From Promethearchaeota archaeon (GTDB lineage Archaea; Asgardarchaeota; Lokiarchaeia; Sigyniarchaeales; SOKP01): a stretch of DNA of 64,000 bases. Both the position numbers and the translations under genes were made by a program. The stretch lies in the NCBI GenBank assembly GCA_048939995.1, contig JBHLOY010000002.1, positions 32,001-96,000 of the forward strand. Reading direction: 5' to 3'. This document shows, piece after piece, positions 62,188 through 64,000 of the stretch (the first letter of the stretch is position 1; each line of letters opens with the position of its first letter). The notes beneath the pieces are model-generated. The model was given only the letters and a program-made list of their open reading frames with translations. It had not been told where the DNA came from and did no database searches.

Positions 62188-62211
62188 TTCGTGAAAGCAC
62201 ACTTTCACGAA
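62188..62211. promoter_or_regulatory. Perfect 10-bp inverted repeat, candidate operator
   Basis: TTCGTGAAAG-CACA-CTTTCACGAA between divergent genes. Confidence 0.55.
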
Positions 62212-62279
62212 ATTTAAATTTTTTTAACTTATTTAATCTATATTTAAAAGATATTATTGATCTTAATAAGATTGATTCT

Positions 62280-62842
62280 ATGCAATATAGAAAATCCAAA
62301 CCTTCTGATGCTAGCGCAATAGCAAAAGTCACTTTTGACACCTGGAATTCTACATATAAGGGTCTTATTTCCGAAAGAGTTCTCCAAAAAAGATCTCTTA
62401 ATGTGTTAATTCAAAAGTGGAATGAAAGAATATCAAACTTGGCTAATAAGCAAATTATTTATGTTGCTGAAAATGACTCTGGAAATATTATTGCTTTTAT
62501 ATGGGCTGGAACAGAAAAAATTAATCCCGTTGGTAACTTGTTAGAGTTAAATAGTTTTGAAGGAGAATTAATGGCAATTTATGTATTAAAGGAATATCAA
62601 AACAAAAAGATTGGATCAAACTTGGTTTTTCTTGTTGTCAATTATCTTTTAAGCAAGGGTGATATTAGTATGATTGTTTGGGTTTTGAAAGAAAATCCTT
62701 CAAAGAATTTTTATAAAAACTTGGAGCAATATACAAAGGAGATCACTATTTAAATTTAGATGGAGAACTTTATCTTGAATCTGCATATGGCTGGAGTGAT
62801 ATTAATCAAATTATTTCTTATTCTGAATCGAAAGTTAAATAG
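62280..62842 (+). pseudogene. GNAT acetyltransferase frameshifted in an A5 run
   Basis: AIYVL...Q...IG, WVL..NP...FY; one extra A at 62715-19 gives KLGAIYKGDHYLNLDGELYLESAYGWSDI to TAG 62842. Confidence 0.7.
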
Positions 62843-62941
62843 CATCTAATTAGTATGAAAATTTAAATAAGTAATAAAAGATATTAAGAGTAATATCTCA
62901 TCTATTTAGATATAAAATGCACTCAAAAAGGTTTAAAAAAT

Positions 62942-63925
62942 ATGGAAATTCAATATGGTAAAATGATATTATATGGAATTCTTTCAGCTATCTTTTATAT
63001 CGTAGTTCCTCTCGCCTTTATTTACGGTCTTGATTACTTCAATATAATGACTTTTTCTGAAAGCTTTAAGATTACAGTTATCATTTTTGGGGTAATTGGA
63101 GTCATCTTTTCCATGCTTAACCATGCATTCCCTAAGGATACATCTGCGAATCGTCTTGTGAAATTTGGATCAGCAATTTATTCTGGAATTTTTCTCTTCT
63201 ACATTTTCGGAGGGTTTGATCCAGGAAGAACTTTAGGATCTTATTATATTGATTATGCTATCCCTAATACTTTTTTAATTCAAGCCCTTTTGGGGTTACA
63301 AATTATAGCCTGGTTATTTTTAGGTTCAACGATAATTAGAGCTATACAATATTTAATTGAGGCTATAGAGTTACGCGAAAAAAGGGAATTTCACGTTGTA
63401 ATGAAAAAAAAGTTCAGGGTAAGTAGAATATTTAAAGGCTTAGGGATACTAGCAAGTTTAATTATTTTAGGATATTTTGCGACTATTATTTTTAGTGGAA
63501 TGAACTTAGGTTTCAACCTCCATACACCAATAGCTCCTCCAGATTATGATAATAATGGAACTCCTCTAGATTTTTCAGATGATTCACTAAATATTACCTT
63601 CACTTTTGATTTACGCAATAATGGTTTATATGCAATTAATGATGTAATATTTGATGCTGAAGTAAGGACATTAACTACAGCAAATGGTAGTGCTCTACCC
63701 TTTTATACTAAAATTGGAGGTCTAGCTGTTCCCTATCAAAACACTTTTCATGCATTTACGGAGACATTGAATCAAGACATAATTATAGGCATAAATAGCT
63801 TCTATATTGAAGGATTGATGACGACAAATGCAAATCTAAGTTTAAGTTTTTCATTTACAACGATGTATGCTTGGATTTTTGTTGGTTTAAATTTATCTAT
63901 ATCACTTCCATGGACTCATCCTTAA
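62942..63925 (+). CDS. Hypothetical membrane protein with C-terminal beta-rich extracellular domain
   Basis: Five TM segments followed by an N-x-T/S-rich domain. Confidence 0.7.
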   Translation: MEIQYGKMILYGILSAIFYIVVPLAFIYGLDYFNIMTFSESFKITVIIFGVIGVIFSMLNHAFPKDTSANRLVKFGSAIYSGIFLFYIFGGFDPGRTLGSYYIDYAIPNTFLIQALLGLQIIAWLFLGSTIIRAIQYLIEAIELREKREFHVVMKKKFRVSRIFKGLGILASLIILGYFATIIFSGMNLGFNLHTPIAPPDYDNNGTPLDFSDDSLNITFTFDLRNNGLYAINDVIFDAEVRTLTTANGSALPFYTKIGGLAVPYQNTFHAFTETLNQDIIIGINSFYIEGLMTTNANLSLSFSFTTMYAWIFVGLNLSISLPWTHP

Positions 63926-64000
63926 AACTTTTTCTATTATCTATATAAACTCTTTTTTTATACTTTTTTGAACAAGGGAGTTTTTAAATAACTATATATA

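Overview
AT-rich archaeal chromosome segment, most likely from an Asgard archaeon (Lokiarchaeia/Promethearchaeota). This is inferred from gelsolin-like and longin-like proteins, a Loki-CTERM-like peptide, a geranylgeranyl reductase, a short XPF and selenoproteins with a eukaryote-type SECIS. About 55 CDS; no rRNA, tRNA, CRISPR array or transposase was seen. Features the ORF track misses: (1) a low-molecular-weight phosphatase gene (5207..5731) whose catalytic P-loop is split by a 21-nt, stop-containing insert that folds into a bulge-helix-bulge/loop motif, i.e. a candidate tRNA-endonuclease-type intron in an mRNA; (2) hdrA and mvhD each carry two in-frame UGA codons at conserved Cys positions, followed by a single eukaryote-like SECIS hairpin; (3) several genes apparently start at ATT; (4) an AOR-HdrA-MvhD-FdhB-like-polyferredoxin cluster divergent from NfnA and an FrhB-NfnB fusion; (5) a tandem array of paralogous membrane-anchored surface proteins; (6) two GNAT genes frameshifted in A-runs and two gene remnants. 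All family assignments are from motif recognition by eye; no database searches were run.
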